A stretch of DNA of 64,000 nt from an uncultured Gammaproteobacteria bacterium (GTDB lineage: Bacteria; Patescibacteriota; Microgenomatia; 2-02-FULL-39-11): positions 48,308 through 112,307 of the forward strand of contig CAYIFB010000001.1 in assembly GCA_964362665.1 (NCBI GenBank), given 5' to 3'. The notes beneath the pieces are model-generated. The model worked only from the letters and a program-made list of their open reading frames with translations. It had not been told where the DNA came from and did no database searches. The stretch's first letter is position 1. Each line of letters opens with the position of its first letter. The position numbers and the translations under genes are program-made. Below are positions 18,755 through 29,469 of this stretch, one piece after another.

Positions 18755-19987
18755 ATGAAAATACTTCAAATTAATAAATTCTATCATATAGTTGGTGGTG
18801 TAGATCGTTATTTTTTTGAAGTTTCAAATCTTTTGGAAAAGAAAAGTAATAAGATTGCCTATTTCTCGATGCATGACGAGATAAATAAGAATACCAAATG
18901 GTCTAAATATTTTGTTAGTTATGTATCATTTAAAAACATCAATCTTAATAATGGATTAAATGTAATTAGTAGAATGATTTATTCGCTTGAAGCAAGAAAA
19001 AAATTATCATATCTTCTTGATAATTTTACTCCTGATATTGCTCATGTTCATAATATTTACCACCAAATTTCACCCTCGATTATTTCTGAGCTTAAAAAAC
19101 GAAACATTCCAATTATCCACACAGTTGGAGATTATCATCTCATTTCGCCACATCATAATAATTTATTTCATAATGGAAATATCTGTGAAGTAACAAAAAA
19201 ACACAGGTATTATAACGCAATAATTCATAAATGTGTAAAAAATTCCTATATTGCTAGTTTCGTTGAAGTATTAGAACAATATATACATTGGGTTCTAGGA
19301 TTATATACCAAAAATGTTGATTATTATATTTCCCCTAGTACATTTCTTAAACATAAGCTTATTGAACATGGTTTTCCCGAAAGCAAATTACTGATTTTAC
19401 CCTATTTTATTGAATCAAAAAAGTACGATGTGAATTTTTCGAAAAAAAGTTATGTTTTGTACTTTGGAAGATTATCTCCTGAAAAAGGTTTACGTTTTCT
19501 TTTAACTGTTATGAAATTTCTTCCTCATATTCAGCTAAAAGTAATTGGTAAAGGGTCAGAAGGTGAAGTTTTAAAGATGATAGTGAAGAAAGAAAATATT
19601 CAAAATATTCAAATTATTGATCAGTTTATTCCAGAATATCTTTTAAGACGATTCCTTAATAAGAGTGCATTTGTTATTTTACCTTCTATATCTATGGAAA
19701 CATTTGGTATCTCTATTCTCGAGTCTTTTGCTTCTGGAAAACCTATTGTTGCGTCAAGGATAGGAGCGATACCTGAGACTATTAAGGATGGTTATAATGG
19801 TTTTCTTTTTGAATCTGGAAATGTAGATGATTGTGCTGAAAAAATAAGTAAATTATGGAATAATCCAACTTTATGTAAAAAAATGGGCAAAAATGCCCGA
19901 AAATATGTAGAAAAGAATTTCAGTTCTGAAGAGCATTATAAAAAGCTTATGAATATTTATAAGAAAGCCATTGAATTACATATATAG
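18755..19987 (+). CDS. Glycosyltransferase family 4
   Basis: MKILQINKFY...GG; GRLSPEKG; ETFGISILES. ATG 18755 preferred. Confidence 0.92.
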   Translation: MKILQINKFYHIVGGVDRYFFEVSNLLEKKSNKIAYFSMHDEINKNTKWSKYFVSYVSFKNINLNNGLNVISRMIYSLEARKKLSYLLDNFTPDIAHVHNIYHQISPSIISELKKRNIPIIHTVGDYHLISPHHNNLFHNGNICEVTKKHRYYNAIIHKCVKNSYIASFVEVLEQYIHWVLGLYTKNVDYYISPSTFLKHKLIEHGFPESKLLILPYFIESKKYDVNFSKKSYVLYFGRLSPEKGLRFLLTVMKFLPHIQLKVIGKGSEGEVLKMIVKKENIQNIQIIDQFIPEYLLRRFLNKSAFVILPSISMETFGISILESFASGKPIVASRIGAIPETIKDGYNGFLFESGNVDDCAEKISKLWNNPTLCKKMGKNARKYVEKNFSSEEHYKKLMNIYKKAIELHI

Positions 19988-20008
19988 ATAGTATATACAT
20001 TCATTATA

Positions 20009-21994
20009 GTGAAAAAATATATCCTTTTAATTTCAGTTTTGTTATTATTAATTCTTGCTCTAAAAATCTCCGTACCTAAGAAGTCAAACCTAAAATTATA
20101 CTGGTTTATTCCGGACGGCGTACGTGCTGAGCCTGATTTATTCAATATGTTTAAATGGGCTCAGGAAGGTAAACTTCCGAATATTAAAAAATTGATGGAC
20201 CGTGGATCATACGGTTATTCCTTCCCAAGCTTTCCCAGCCATACTCCGACCAATTTTGCTACTCTACTTACCGGATCTTATCCTGAGGTTCATGGAGTGA
20301 ATGACGGACCGATGCACATTTTGGGAAAGTCATTGGATAAAGTGGCTATAGGAGGGTTCCGGTCAGTGGCAAAAAAGGTTTCTCCCATTTGGAAGACGCT
20401 TGAAGAGGCAGGACTGAAAGTTGCCCTATTATCAATCCCTGGTTCTACCCCTCCGGAGATAAATAAAGGTGTAGTATTGCGTGGTAGATGGGGTGGTTGG
20501 GGAGCTGATTTTAATGCAATCAACTTTGAAACAAAAGGAAATCTTAGTCAAAGGATTCTTCAGGGGAGAGCTGTTCATTTATTTTATTTTGGTCCTGAAC
20601 TTACCCAATATATGGATGGAATTACTCCAAAGGATTGGGATAATCCTCCGAAAAGTTATTCGCCGGCGATGGAGGTAGTTTTGACAGGTTGGGGTAGTCC
20701 GGTATACGCATACATATACGATTCAAAGGACGATAAAATAAAAAATTATGACAAAGTGGCCTTTTCTCTTGATAAGAAGAATATAGTGGCCGATTTACTA
20801 CCCGGACAATGGAGTTCCTGGCAGCCAATTACACTGAAATGGAAAGCGGAAGATAAGGTAACGGATGTAGCTTCATTTATAAAAGTAACGGTTATTAAGC
20901 TTGATGGTGACGGATTTTTCCGGATAAGAGTAATTTACGATAATATGAATAAATTTATCACATTTCCTGAAGAGGCGTCAGATAAAATGGAGGCTTCAGT
21001 TGGTCCCATGGTTGATTTTGCTGATAACTATCCGGCACAGCTTATCTATTATCCGGAGGACAAAAAAACTTTTCAGGACGAGGCAGAAATGTCTTTTGAT
21101 TGGCACCAGAAAGCCGTTTCTGCCTTAATTAGCAATTTTTCACCGCAGGTGGTAATACACGATATCTATACTCCCAACCAGATGCTTACCAGCCGTTGGT
21201 GGATGGGTTATGTAGACCCCAAAAGTGCAAAGTATAAGAATGTATCAGATAGTGAGCGCCAGAAGCTTTGGGAAGAGGTACAGGGGATGTATAAACGTCT
21301 TGATGATATAGCAGGCGAAATCCTCAAAGTCGCGGATAAGGATACTTATGTAGTGTTCAGTTCAGATCATGGGGCGGTGCCCTTGGATCGAAGTGTGAAT
21401 TTAAATAATTTATTTGCACAAAAAGGCTGGTTGAAATTTACGATCAATCCGCAAAACGGCGAACCGATAATAGACTGGAAAAATACCAAAGTAATATATC
21501 TGAAAATGACACATGTTTATATCAACCCAGGTGGGCTTGTAGGCGATTATAAAAGGGCAAGCGGCATAGAGTATGAAAATCTGCGAAATCAGGTTGTCGA
21601 AGCATTGAAAAGCCTTCAGGATGATAATGGCGATAAACCTTTGACCCAGGTGGTGAAATGGGAGGAGGCAAAACAGTTTATGAGGCTTGATCCTGACAGG
21701 ATTGGAGATCTGGTTATAGCAAATGCTCCGGGTTACGGCTGGAATGAAGAAATGACCTCTGACCTTAAAATATTTTCTACATCACTTATATCAGGGTACA
21801 AACAGGCGATTGAATCAAAAGACGTTAAAGGTATGTGGACTCCATTTATCATATCAGGACCCGGAATAAAAGAGAATTATTATTTAGGGGATAAGCCTTT
21901 TGAGCAGATAAACCAATATCCGACCATTATGAAAGCTTTGAAGATAAAGATCCCCGATTTTGTTCAAGGAAAATCACTAAATGTCTTTCAATAA
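20009..21994 (+). CDS. Alkaline-phosphatase-superfamily phosphodiesterase/nucleotide pyrophosphatase
   Basis: N-terminal TM; PDG, PSHTPTNFATLLTG, SSDHG. Confidence 0.85.
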   Translation: MKKYILLISVLLLLILALKISVPKKSNLKLYWFIPDGVRAEPDLFNMFKWAQEGKLPNIKKLMDRGSYGYSFPSFPSHTPTNFATLLTGSYPEVHGVNDGPMHILGKSLDKVAIGGFRSVAKKVSPIWKTLEEAGLKVALLSIPGSTPPEINKGVVLRGRWGGWGADFNAINFETKGNLSQRILQGRAVHLFYFGPELTQYMDGITPKDWDNPPKSYSPAMEVVLTGWGSPVYAYIYDSKDDKIKNYDKVAFSLDKKNIVADLLPGQWSSWQPITLKWKAEDKVTDVASFIKVTVIKLDGDGFFRIRVIYDNMNKFITFPEEASDKMEASVGPMVDFADNYPAQLIYYPEDKKTFQDEAEMSFDWHQKAVSALISNFSPQVVIHDIYTPNQMLTSRWWMGYVDPKSAKYKNVSDSERQKLWEEVQGMYKRLDDIAGEILKVADKDTYVVFSSDHGAVPLDRSVNLNNLFAQKGWLKFTINPQNGEPIIDWKNTKVIYLKMTHVYINPGGLVGDYKRASGIEYENLRNQVVEALKSLQDDNGDKPLTQVVKWEEAKQFMRLDPDRIGDLVIANAPGYGWNEEMTSDLKIFSTSLISGYKQAIESKDVKGMWTPFIISGPGIKENYYLGDKPFEQINQYPTIMKALKIKIPDFVQGKSLNVFQ

Positions 21995-23567
21995 ATCTCT
22001 AACCAATCTACCCAAAATTACCAAGCTAGTTATTATTGGTATTGTTTTAGCAGGCTTTGGAACCTGGCAATTGTTTTTTTTAAAGACCGCATTAAATATA
22101 GATATACCAATGAAAGTTAGTAATATATTCTCAAACTCAATTCTTCCTGACGGATTCTGTAAAGACTGTAATGTAATTTTGATTTCTTTGGATACTTTGC
22201 GGGCAAAAAGTCTTCCCTGTTACGGATATGAAAAGGATACTGCTCCAAATTTATGTAATTTTGCCAAGGAATCATTTTTGTTTACGAATACTTATAGTCC
22301 GAGTCCAAAGACACTCGATAGTCATTTTTCAATTTTTACTTCTCTGTATCCCCTATCACATAAGATGACGGTTCCATTTTCCAGTAACCTGAGTACAAAG
22401 ATATTAACTATAACTCAAGTTTTAAAATCAAACGGTTATGATACTTTATATGCAGGTCCTCCTACTGACCCAAATTTGCCTTTAAAGCGCGGGTTGGGAC
22501 GAGATTTCGATACTATTATTGGAGCCGGTGATCCTGATGCCTGGATAAAAAGCATAAACAGCAGTATTGCTCAAAATAAAAAATTCTTTGCATTTTTACA
22601 TACTTATTGGGTGCATGAACCATATATACCGATAAGAGAAAACATAACAAAATATTATTCCGGTAATGTCGATAATTATATTTCGTGGGATCAATTATGT
22701 GAAAAAACATACAAAAAACTTCTCATTCTTCATCCAGAAAGATTTATATCTAGCATGGGATACAATAAGAAACAAATAAACTATTGTGAAAAAATTAAAA
22801 GTTATGGAAATGCGTATGCTTATTCTATGTCTAATGATGAACATGAACAATTTTATACTACTCAAATTGATTCTTATTGGAACGTTTTTGATTCAATCGT
22901 GTTAAACAAGAAAAAAGTGTATATGCAGGCATTGTACGAAACAAGAATCTATGAATTAGATCTGGAAATGAAAAAGTTTTTTAATTTCTTAGAAAACAAG
23001 AATTTGTTAAGTAATACTATCGTCATTATCACTTCTGATCACGGAGAAGAGTTTTATGAGCACGGAAACAGGTCACACGGATTTAATTTATATAACGAAG
23101 TGACAAAAGTACCGTTAATAATATATGTTCCCAAATCTAAAGGGCAAATGATTGATAAGTTGGCAAGCAGTATTGATATAACACCAAGTATTTTACACCT
23201 TCTCAATATCAAAGTCCCTTTACAGTTTTTAGGTATAAATCTTTTTTCAAAAAATGATAATGATTACATAATCAGTCAAAATTATAATATCCAAAAACAA
23301 TCAATTATTTCAAAAGATTGGAAATTACTTATAAATATAGATAATAAAGATAATAAAAAGACTCGGGAATTGTATAGTCAAAAATCAGATCCGGGTGAAC
23401 AAAATAATCTTGAGGAAATAAATAATACTATTGCTGATCAACTTGAACAGAGGTTAAATACGATTTTGTCAAAACAACCTGTTTATGAACCTGAAAAGAT
23501 TGACACTTTACCTACCTGGATAGACGAAAAGCAAAGGAAGAAGCTGATTGAGACCGGATATTTTTAG
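21981..23567 (+). CDS. Sulfatase-like hydrolase/transferase, membrane-anchored
   Basis: NVILISLDTLRA; TLDSHFSIFTSLYP; TSDHGEEF..HG; DPGEQNNL; KLIETGYF. Confidence 0.85.
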   Translation: MSFNKSLTNLPKITKLVIIGIVLAGFGTWQLFFLKTALNIDIPMKVSNIFSNSILPDGFCKDCNVILISLDTLRAKSLPCYGYEKDTAPNLCNFAKESFLFTNTYSPSPKTLDSHFSIFTSLYPLSHKMTVPFSSNLSTKILTITQVLKSNGYDTLYAGPPTDPNLPLKRGLGRDFDTIIGAGDPDAWIKSINSSIAQNKKFFAFLHTYWVHEPYIPIRENITKYYSGNVDNYISWDQLCEKTYKKLLILHPERFISSMGYNKKQINYCEKIKSYGNAYAYSMSNDEHEQFYTTQIDSYWNVFDSIVLNKKKVYMQALYETRIYELDLEMKKFFNFLENKNLLSNTIVIITSDHGEEFYEHGNRSHGFNLYNEVTKVPLIIYVPKSKGQMIDKLASSIDITPSILHLLNIKVPLQFLGINLFSKNDNDYIISQNYNIQKQSIISKDWKLLINIDNKDNKKTRELYSQKSDPGEQNNLEEINNTIADQLEQRLNTILSKQPVYEPEKIDTLPTWIDEKQRKKLIETGYF

Positions 23568-23573
23568 TGTTAG

Positions 23574-24158
23574 CTAATTGCACCGAATTGAATTAAGAAT
23601 AGAATTATACTTTGGTTGATTTGCTTCATAAAATTTTTTCGGAGAAAATATTTCCAATTGGTATACTTTATTTTGTTTTTGGCAGTAGAAAAGAGTAAAT
23701 ATCCCTCTATATTCCGCTTGGTCATCTGTGCAGGCTCCGTAAGTCATACGGCTGTTTAAAAAATCTGAGAAATGGGTAATGTTTATTTCGTTTATCAAAT
23801 CAGATTTAATGTCGGGTTTGAATTTTTCATCACAGCTTATCGTATCGCTTATCTCCCCCGGATATGGGGAGCGGGTATTTTCAAACAGAGCTTTCATGCG
23901 CGTTATTTGTGCATTTATATATCTATCAGCCGTTTCCTGTTTTACATCTGACCTGATTTCAATTCTTAAATAATCCTGATTATGACTAAAGAGCGCTCGG
24001 TATACGCTTTTGGAGTCTTCATAAATATCTTTAAGATTAAATTTATCTATTTCTTCAAAATATAAACATTTGATTTTGGAACAGTAGGAATATTTTGTTG
24101 TTATCATAACTGATGCTACTATTATTAGTATGAATAGAAAAATGAATCTGAAATTCAT
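23574..24158 (-). CDS. Hypothetical exported protein
   Basis: N-terminal hydrophobic anchor; SPYPGEIS...C...YGAC...FYC. Start could be 24158 or 24182. Confidence 0.7.
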   Translation of the reverse strand: MNFRFIFLFILIIVASVMITTKYSYCSKIKCLYFEEIDKFNLKDIYEDSKSVYRALFSHNQDYLRIEIRSDVKQETADRYINAQITRMKALFENTRSPYPGEISDTISCDEKFKPDIKSDLINEINITHFSDFLNSRMTYGACTDDQAEYRGIFTLFYCQKQNKVYQLEIFSPKKFYEANQPKYNSILNSIRCN

Positions 24159-25485
24159 AAGTATCCTGCTTTTTAGTTTCATTCTTGTTTACCTTTTATA
24201 TCTTATTATAAAGAATCCAGGCAAACAGACAATAAGCTGTCCTGACTGCAACGTTGTTTTTGTCTCATTTGATACTCTGAGAGCCGACCATCTTCATTTT
24301 ATGGGATATTCCAAAAATACCAGTCCGACTCTGGACAAACTTGCAAGTAACGGGTTTATATTTACAAATGCAGTCAGCGCTTCATCCTGGACGCTTCCGG
24401 CAACCATGAGTTGGTTTACCGGAGTGTATCCATCAGTTCACCAAATTTTAAATAAGTTTACTCTGAAAGGCCCTAACGAGCAGGAAATATCAAATCTTAA
24501 AAAATTATCTCCCGGTCTTTTGACCATGGCTGAAATATTTCAAAAAGACGGATATAAAACAGGAGGGTTTACCGGGGGTGCCGGAGTCAATCATGAGTTT
24601 GGATTTGCTGCAGGCTTTGATGAATATATAGATGATCAGGATTTTGCGGGATTTGAGTATTCTTATCCCAAAGCAGTTGAATGGATTAAGAAGAACAGGA
24701 ACGAGAAATTATTTGTTTTTTTGCACGGATATAATATTCATGGACAATATGTTCCGCCGGAAGGATATGATTTTCGTTTTCTCGACTTTACTTATAAAGG
24801 AAAACTTACAGGATCCAAAGAAGAACAGTTAAATTTGAGAGAAGAGGGTTTAGCGCAAGGTAAATTATTTTTGACTCAGGATGACGTGAGGTTTCTTACA
24901 GCACTGTATGATGAAAAGATAGCAAGGGCAGATGAAGAATTTTCCAAGTTTTATCAGGAGTTTAAAAAGTTGGGACTTCTGGAGAAAACAATCTTTGTCA
25001 TCACCTCAGATCATGGTGAAGAACTTTATGAGCACGGTCAGATAGACCATGGCCATAGTCTTTATCAGGAGGTTATCCATGTACCTCTTTTGATTATTAT
25101 TCCGGGAATTAAAGGTGCTTTAATTTCCCAACAAGTGAGGAGTATAGATCTTTTACCTACAATTTTAACCATAATTGGTGCGGGTACAGATCAAAAAATA
25201 TTTTCTCAATTTCAGGGGAAAAATCTTACTGATACGATGAAAGGAGATAATCTTAATCTTCAGGCGTTTTCCGAAACTGATTACCGGTATGCTGTTTTTA
25301 AAAGAGCGATAACATCAGCGGATAGCTGGAAGTATATAACAGACTTGGAAACATCAAATAATGAATTATATTCTCTGAAAAACGATCCCGGAGAAAAAAT
25401 AAATAGAATAGACACGAACAAAATTGAAAAAGATACATTACGCCTTACTTTGGAGGAAATAATCAATTCAAATAAACGTAAATAA
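24130..25485 (+). CDS. Sulfatase-like hydrolase/transferase, membrane-anchored
   Basis: NVVFVSFDTLRADH; WTLPATMSWFTG; TSDHGEEL..HG..DHG; DPGE. Confidence 0.88.
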   Translation: MNRKMNLKFISILLFSFILVYLLYLIIKNPGKQTISCPDCNVVFVSFDTLRADHLHFMGYSKNTSPTLDKLASNGFIFTNAVSASSWTLPATMSWFTGVYPSVHQILNKFTLKGPNEQEISNLKKLSPGLLTMAEIFQKDGYKTGGFTGGAGVNHEFGFAAGFDEYIDDQDFAGFEYSYPKAVEWIKKNRNEKLFVFLHGYNIHGQYVPPEGYDFRFLDFTYKGKLTGSKEEQLNLREEGLAQGKLFLTQDDVRFLTALYDEKIARADEEFSKFYQEFKKLGLLEKTIFVITSDHGEELYEHGQIDHGHSLYQEVIHVPLLIIIPGIKGALISQQVRSIDLLPTILTIIGAGTDQKIFSQFQGKNLTDTMKGDNLNLQAFSETDYRYAVFKRAITSADSWKYITDLETSNNELYSLKNDPGEKINRIDTNKIEKDTLRLTLEEIINSNKRK

Positions 25486-25489
25486 CCTT

Positions 25490-27616
25490 TTACTTCAGTA
25501 GCGGACATGAGTTTCCAAACCACTTAAATTTGCATGGCCCTATATCGGTACTTAGGCCTAAAATATCAAGCTGAAACTGTAACAGAGGAATACTCAATTG
25601 CGGTTCTCCCTTACCCCGAAGTGTACTTCCGAATCCAATATTAAAATCCATTCCATTGGCATTTTTAAAAATAGACAAGTCGGTATTAATTGATTTTATA
25701 TTCCATAGTTTATTTCCGGTTGTTTTATCCATTTTTATATCCTGAATATTACTTATAAAAGCATTATAGTCCATTGCTACTTTTTCAGGGTTTGCAGGGT
25801 CTAATTGAATTCCAATACCATTATAGAGAATTACATTATTCTTAATAACCGTATTTTCATGTCTTGTTTTAAAAACCGTGGGATCATAATCGGCCACTCC
25901 TTCCGGGTTAGCTAAATTTATTCCGGTAGATGAATATCCCACTAAATTATTAAGAAATACATTATTATTTGCTTCAATTTGTCTTGGATAGACGTGTATT
26001 GCGTCTCCCGTATTATTCAAAATAATATTGTTGGTTAATTTAATACCACTGGCGTTACTGATAAATATCCCATGAGCATATCCTTTTCCATTATGTTTTT
26101 CGTCGCAATTTGAATATCCGGAATTATTTCTTATAATGTTTCCTGTAACAATAGTGTTGAGATATTTACCGCCAAAAAATTTCAGCCCGCCACAGGCAGA
26201 AATACTTTGACAAACATTTTCTATAACATTATTTTCAATATAAATATCACTTATTCTTCCGGCATCCTTTTCGTAACCAAACATGTGTATTCCGTACATC
26301 ATATCGTCGTGAATGTGATTATTCTTAATAAGTGATTTACTGATTTTGGTAAGGGATATATCCGGGGTAGTTGAAAGTAATGAATTGTTATTAAAGTCTG
26401 ATCCAATAATCTTTATATCAGTTATATTAGATGGATAGTTATTTTTACCATTTACCATTATGGAACTGTTTTCGATATTGCTAAATGTACTATTTAATAC
26501 TGTTACATTATTAATGACTGCGCTTTGTTCTACTCCATTAATATTAATTCCATTTTCTGAATATTCTATTTTTATATTCTGAATTTTGATATTAGAAATG
26601 ATATTGTTTGCTTGTGGATTTATAATTAACGCACTATATCCGCCAAAAAATCGGAACGTAAGACCGTTAATTTCAATATTAGATGCATTATTCAATTCGA
26701 TCCCATTTGATTGGTTACTTATCTCAATATTTAATTTCTGAGGTTTTTGATCTCCAAGTGGCCAAAGAAATAATCGTTTAGTATCTTGGTCATAATACCA
26801 CTCTCCAGGTGCATCGAGCAGTTTAAATCTGTTTTCTATGTAATATTTAGAATATGGGCCGATTCCCTTTTCATTTGAGCCAAAAAAGGAGAATCCGATA
26901 GGACCTTTAAAATAAAGTTTTCCGTTAATACTATCAAATGAATCTATTTCTTTGTTCCAGATAAAATTACCACATCTCGATCCTCCATCGACTATATGAA
27001 CAGTTGCTCCACTAAGGTAGGCTTCACCTTTTAAATGAATTTTATCAACGAGAACTTTATCGGATAATTCAGAATCAGATAATGACCACCAATTTTCGCT
27101 TATTCTCCCATTTACAGGTGGTATATAATTGGGAGATCTGGCCACGTTTAATTTTTTTACCGTAGCATCAGAGGCTATTTCATATAATAATTTTGGAATA
27201 AAATTTTCATTAAGCTTTGTATAAAATATTTTCGAATAATTACTACTAGGAATTTGAGAACAGGATTTATTATCGCATTCTTCCCAAAGATAATCAGATG
27301 ATGGAACTGATCCGGTGAGTATAACTGGTCCTTGAAGATTCGGATCAGCGGTTATTCGTAGTGGAGATTTATTTGTACCCTTATTATTTATAATTATGCT
27401 TTCACGGTACACTCCAGGCAACACAGAGATAGTTGTTCCGGAAGTCGCGGAGTTAATTGCTTTTTGAATTGTTTTAAATGGATTTAATTTTGAACCTTTA
27501 TTAATATCATTTCCAATTGGAGATACATATACTGTGGTATTATTTGATTGTTTTTGAGTATATATAAAAGTGACAACAAAAATAACTATTAGAAGAATAA
27601 ATAGCGTTTTCATCAT
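25490..27616 (-). CDS. Secreted right-handed parallel beta-helix protein (pectin-lyase fold)
   Basis: VYVSPIGND..GS..NPFKTIQKA, PGVYRE, LLDAPGEWYYD; Asn/Ile-rich beta-helix repeats. Confidence 0.85.
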   Translation of the reverse strand: MMKTLFILLIVIFVVTFIYTQKQSNNTTVYVSPIGNDINKGSKLNPFKTIQKAINSATSGTTISVLPGVYRESIIINNKGTNKSPLRITADPNLQGPVILTGSVPSSDYLWEECDNKSCSQIPSSNYSKIFYTKLNENFIPKLLYEIASDATVKKLNVARSPNYIPPVNGRISENWWSLSDSELSDKVLVDKIHLKGEAYLSGATVHIVDGGSRCGNFIWNKEIDSFDSINGKLYFKGPIGFSFFGSNEKGIGPYSKYYIENRFKLLDAPGEWYYDQDTKRLFLWPLGDQKPQKLNIEISNQSNGIELNNASNIEINGLTFRFFGGYSALIINPQANNIISNIKIQNIKIEYSENGININGVEQSAVINNVTVLNSTFSNIENSSIMVNGKNNYPSNITDIKIIGSDFNNNSLLSTTPDISLTKISKSLIKNNHIHDDMMYGIHMFGYEKDAGRISDIYIENNVIENVCQSISACGGLKFFGGKYLNTIVTGNIIRNNSGYSNCDEKHNGKGYAHGIFISNASGIKLTNNIILNNTGDAIHVYPRQIEANNNVFLNNLVGYSSTGINLANPEGVADYDPTVFKTRHENTVIKNNVILYNGIGIQLDPANPEKVAMDYNAFISNIQDIKMDKTTGNKLWNIKSINTDLSIFKNANGMDFNIGFGSTLRGKGEPQLSIPLLQFQLDILGLSTDIGPCKFKWFGNSCPLLK

Positions 27617-27732
27617 TTTAAATAGATTAGAATTTAAATTTATATTATGATTATATAATATTCTTAAGAAGCTGATAGTAGTATTAAATTTCTAAGTAAA
27701 TAGATTTTTATTAACATTTTATTATAATAAGA

Positions 27733-29469
27733 ATGTGCGGCATTGTAGGAAAAATATATTTTCATCCTCATACGATTCAAAAATCAAAAGAGAGTGTTCT
27801 TATTCAAAAGTCTCTTGAAAAACTGCACCATCGGGGTCCTGATGATAGGGGATATTATATAGATGAAAATGTTTGGTTGGGATCGACCCGGTTAAAAATA
27901 CTAGATCTTTCCCCTGCCGGACATCAACCTTTTCAAAACGAAGATAAAAGTTTGTCACTCGTATTTAATGGCGAGATTTATAACTGGAAAGAGATAAAAG
28001 TAAAGTTAAGAAAAAGACATAAGTTTATTTCGCACACAGATGCAGAGGTCTTACTGCATTTATATGAAGAGGAAGGAGTAAATTGCCTCAAATACCTTCG
28101 TGGTATGTTTGCCTTCGCCATTTGGGATAAAAAGAGAGGAGAGTTATTTATAGCACGAGACAGAATCGGGAAAAAACCGGTAAAATATTATTACAACGAT
28201 AAATTTTTTGTATTTGCCTCAGAACTGAAAGCATTTATTGATCATCAGGATGTTCCAAAAGAGATAGATTGGGAAGCTATTGATGAATTTCTTATCTGTC
28301 GATATGTTCTATCACCTAAAACCGGGTTTAAGAATGTCTACAAGCTTCCTCCGGGGCATTATATGAGAGTCATGTCTACTGGAGAAGTTGTGATTAAAAA
28401 ATATTGGCAATTAGATTTCAGTCAAAAATTAGCATTATCAGAGCAAGAATGGCAAAAGTTAATATATGATAAGTTATTAGAATCTGTCCGTTTACGATTG
28501 CAAAGCGATGTTCCACTGGGAGTACATTTATCAGGGGGAATTGACTCAAGTTTGATTACAGCTTTGGTAAGTTTGGAGTCAAAGAAACAAGTAACAACCT
28601 TTTCTATAGGATTCGAAGAATCAGAATACAATGAACTTCCTTATGCACAACTTGTGACAGATCGATACAATACAGATCATCATTCCATGATAGTTAGATC
28701 TGATGTAATAAATCTCCTTCCGCAATTGATTTATCAATACGAAGAACCTTTTGCCGATCCTTCGATGCTTCCCACCTGGTATTTGATGAGAGAAAGTAAG
28801 AAGTTTATGACAGTAGCGATAAACGGAGAAGGCGGTGATGAGAACTTTGCCGGGTATCCATGGTATTTGTTTACGAGCTTCAATAATATCATGAAAAGAT
28901 TACCTTTAAAAACACAAATGAGCTATATCTTTAAAAAATTATATTCAACAACAAAAAGAAAAGATTTTGATACCTTGGCAAAATATCTGCTATCAAAAAA
29001 AAATTTTTCAAATCTGGACGAACATCTTCACCATGATATAAGCCATTATTTACCGGATGATCTTCTTGTAAAAACAGATATTTCATCGATGGCACATTCT
29101 CTTGAGGTTCGCTCCCCTTTTCTTGATCAGGAATTTGTAGAGCTTTGTGCAAAAATGCCAGCAAATTTGAAGCTTCGGAAATTTCAAAATAAGTATATAC
29201 TAAGAAAAACAGCAGAAAAGCTTATTCCTAGAAAATGTTTCACGAGAAGAAAGCAAGGATTTTTACCTCCGCTTGATCGATGGTATAGAGGAGAGTTATC
29301 AGGATTTATAGCATCTCAGTTATTAGATAAAAAATTTCTTTCTTATAATATTTTTAAAAAGGAAAGTGTAATAAAACTTTTAACAGATCATCAAAATTGG
29401 TCATCTAATAACGCCTATATATTGTGGACGATATTATGTTTGAAAAATTGGTTAGATGAATGGTTTTAA
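27733..29469 (+). CDS. asnB: Asparagine synthase (glutamine-hydrolysing)-like amidotransferase
   Basis: MCGI, HRGPD, FNGEIYN, LSGGIDSS, GEGGDE, EVRSPFLD. Confidence 0.93.
   Translation: MCGIVGKIYFHPHTIQKSKESVLIQKSLEKLHHRGPDDRGYYIDENVWLGSTRLKILDLSPAGHQPFQNEDKSLSLVFNGEIYNWKEIKVKLRKRHKFISHTDAEVLLHLYEEEGVNCLKYLRGMFAFAIWDKKRGELFIARDRIGKKPVKYYYNDKFFVFASELKAFIDHQDVPKEIDWEAIDEFLICRYVLSPKTGFKNVYKLPPGHYMRVMSTGEVVIKKYWQLDFSQKLALSEQEWQKLIYDKLLESVRLRLQSDVPLGVHLSGGIDSSLITALVSLESKKQVTTFSIGFEESEYNELPYAQLVTDRYNTDHHSMIVRSDVINLLPQLIYQYEEPFADPSMLPTWYLMRESKKFMTVAINGEGGDENFAGYPWYLFTSFNNIMKRLPLKTQMSYIFKKLYSTTKRKDFDTLAKYLLSKKNFSNLDEHLHHDISHYLPDDLLVKTDISSMAHSLEVRSPFLDQEFVELCAKMPANLKLRKFQNKYILRKTAEKLIPRKCFTRRKQGFLPPLDRWYRGELSGFIASQLLDKKFLSYNIFKKESVIKLLTDHQNWSSNNAYILWTILCLKNWLDEWF

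Noticed and set aside
27733-29469. asnB as the lasso cyclase for the Cys-rich peptides
   Set aside because: It keeps an intact N-terminal glutaminase (MCGI, HRGPD) and overlaps a GT4 gene, typical of glycan amidotransferases. There is no B2 protease nearby, and the peptides lack the Thr(-2) and ring-acceptor pattern at the inferred cleavage site.
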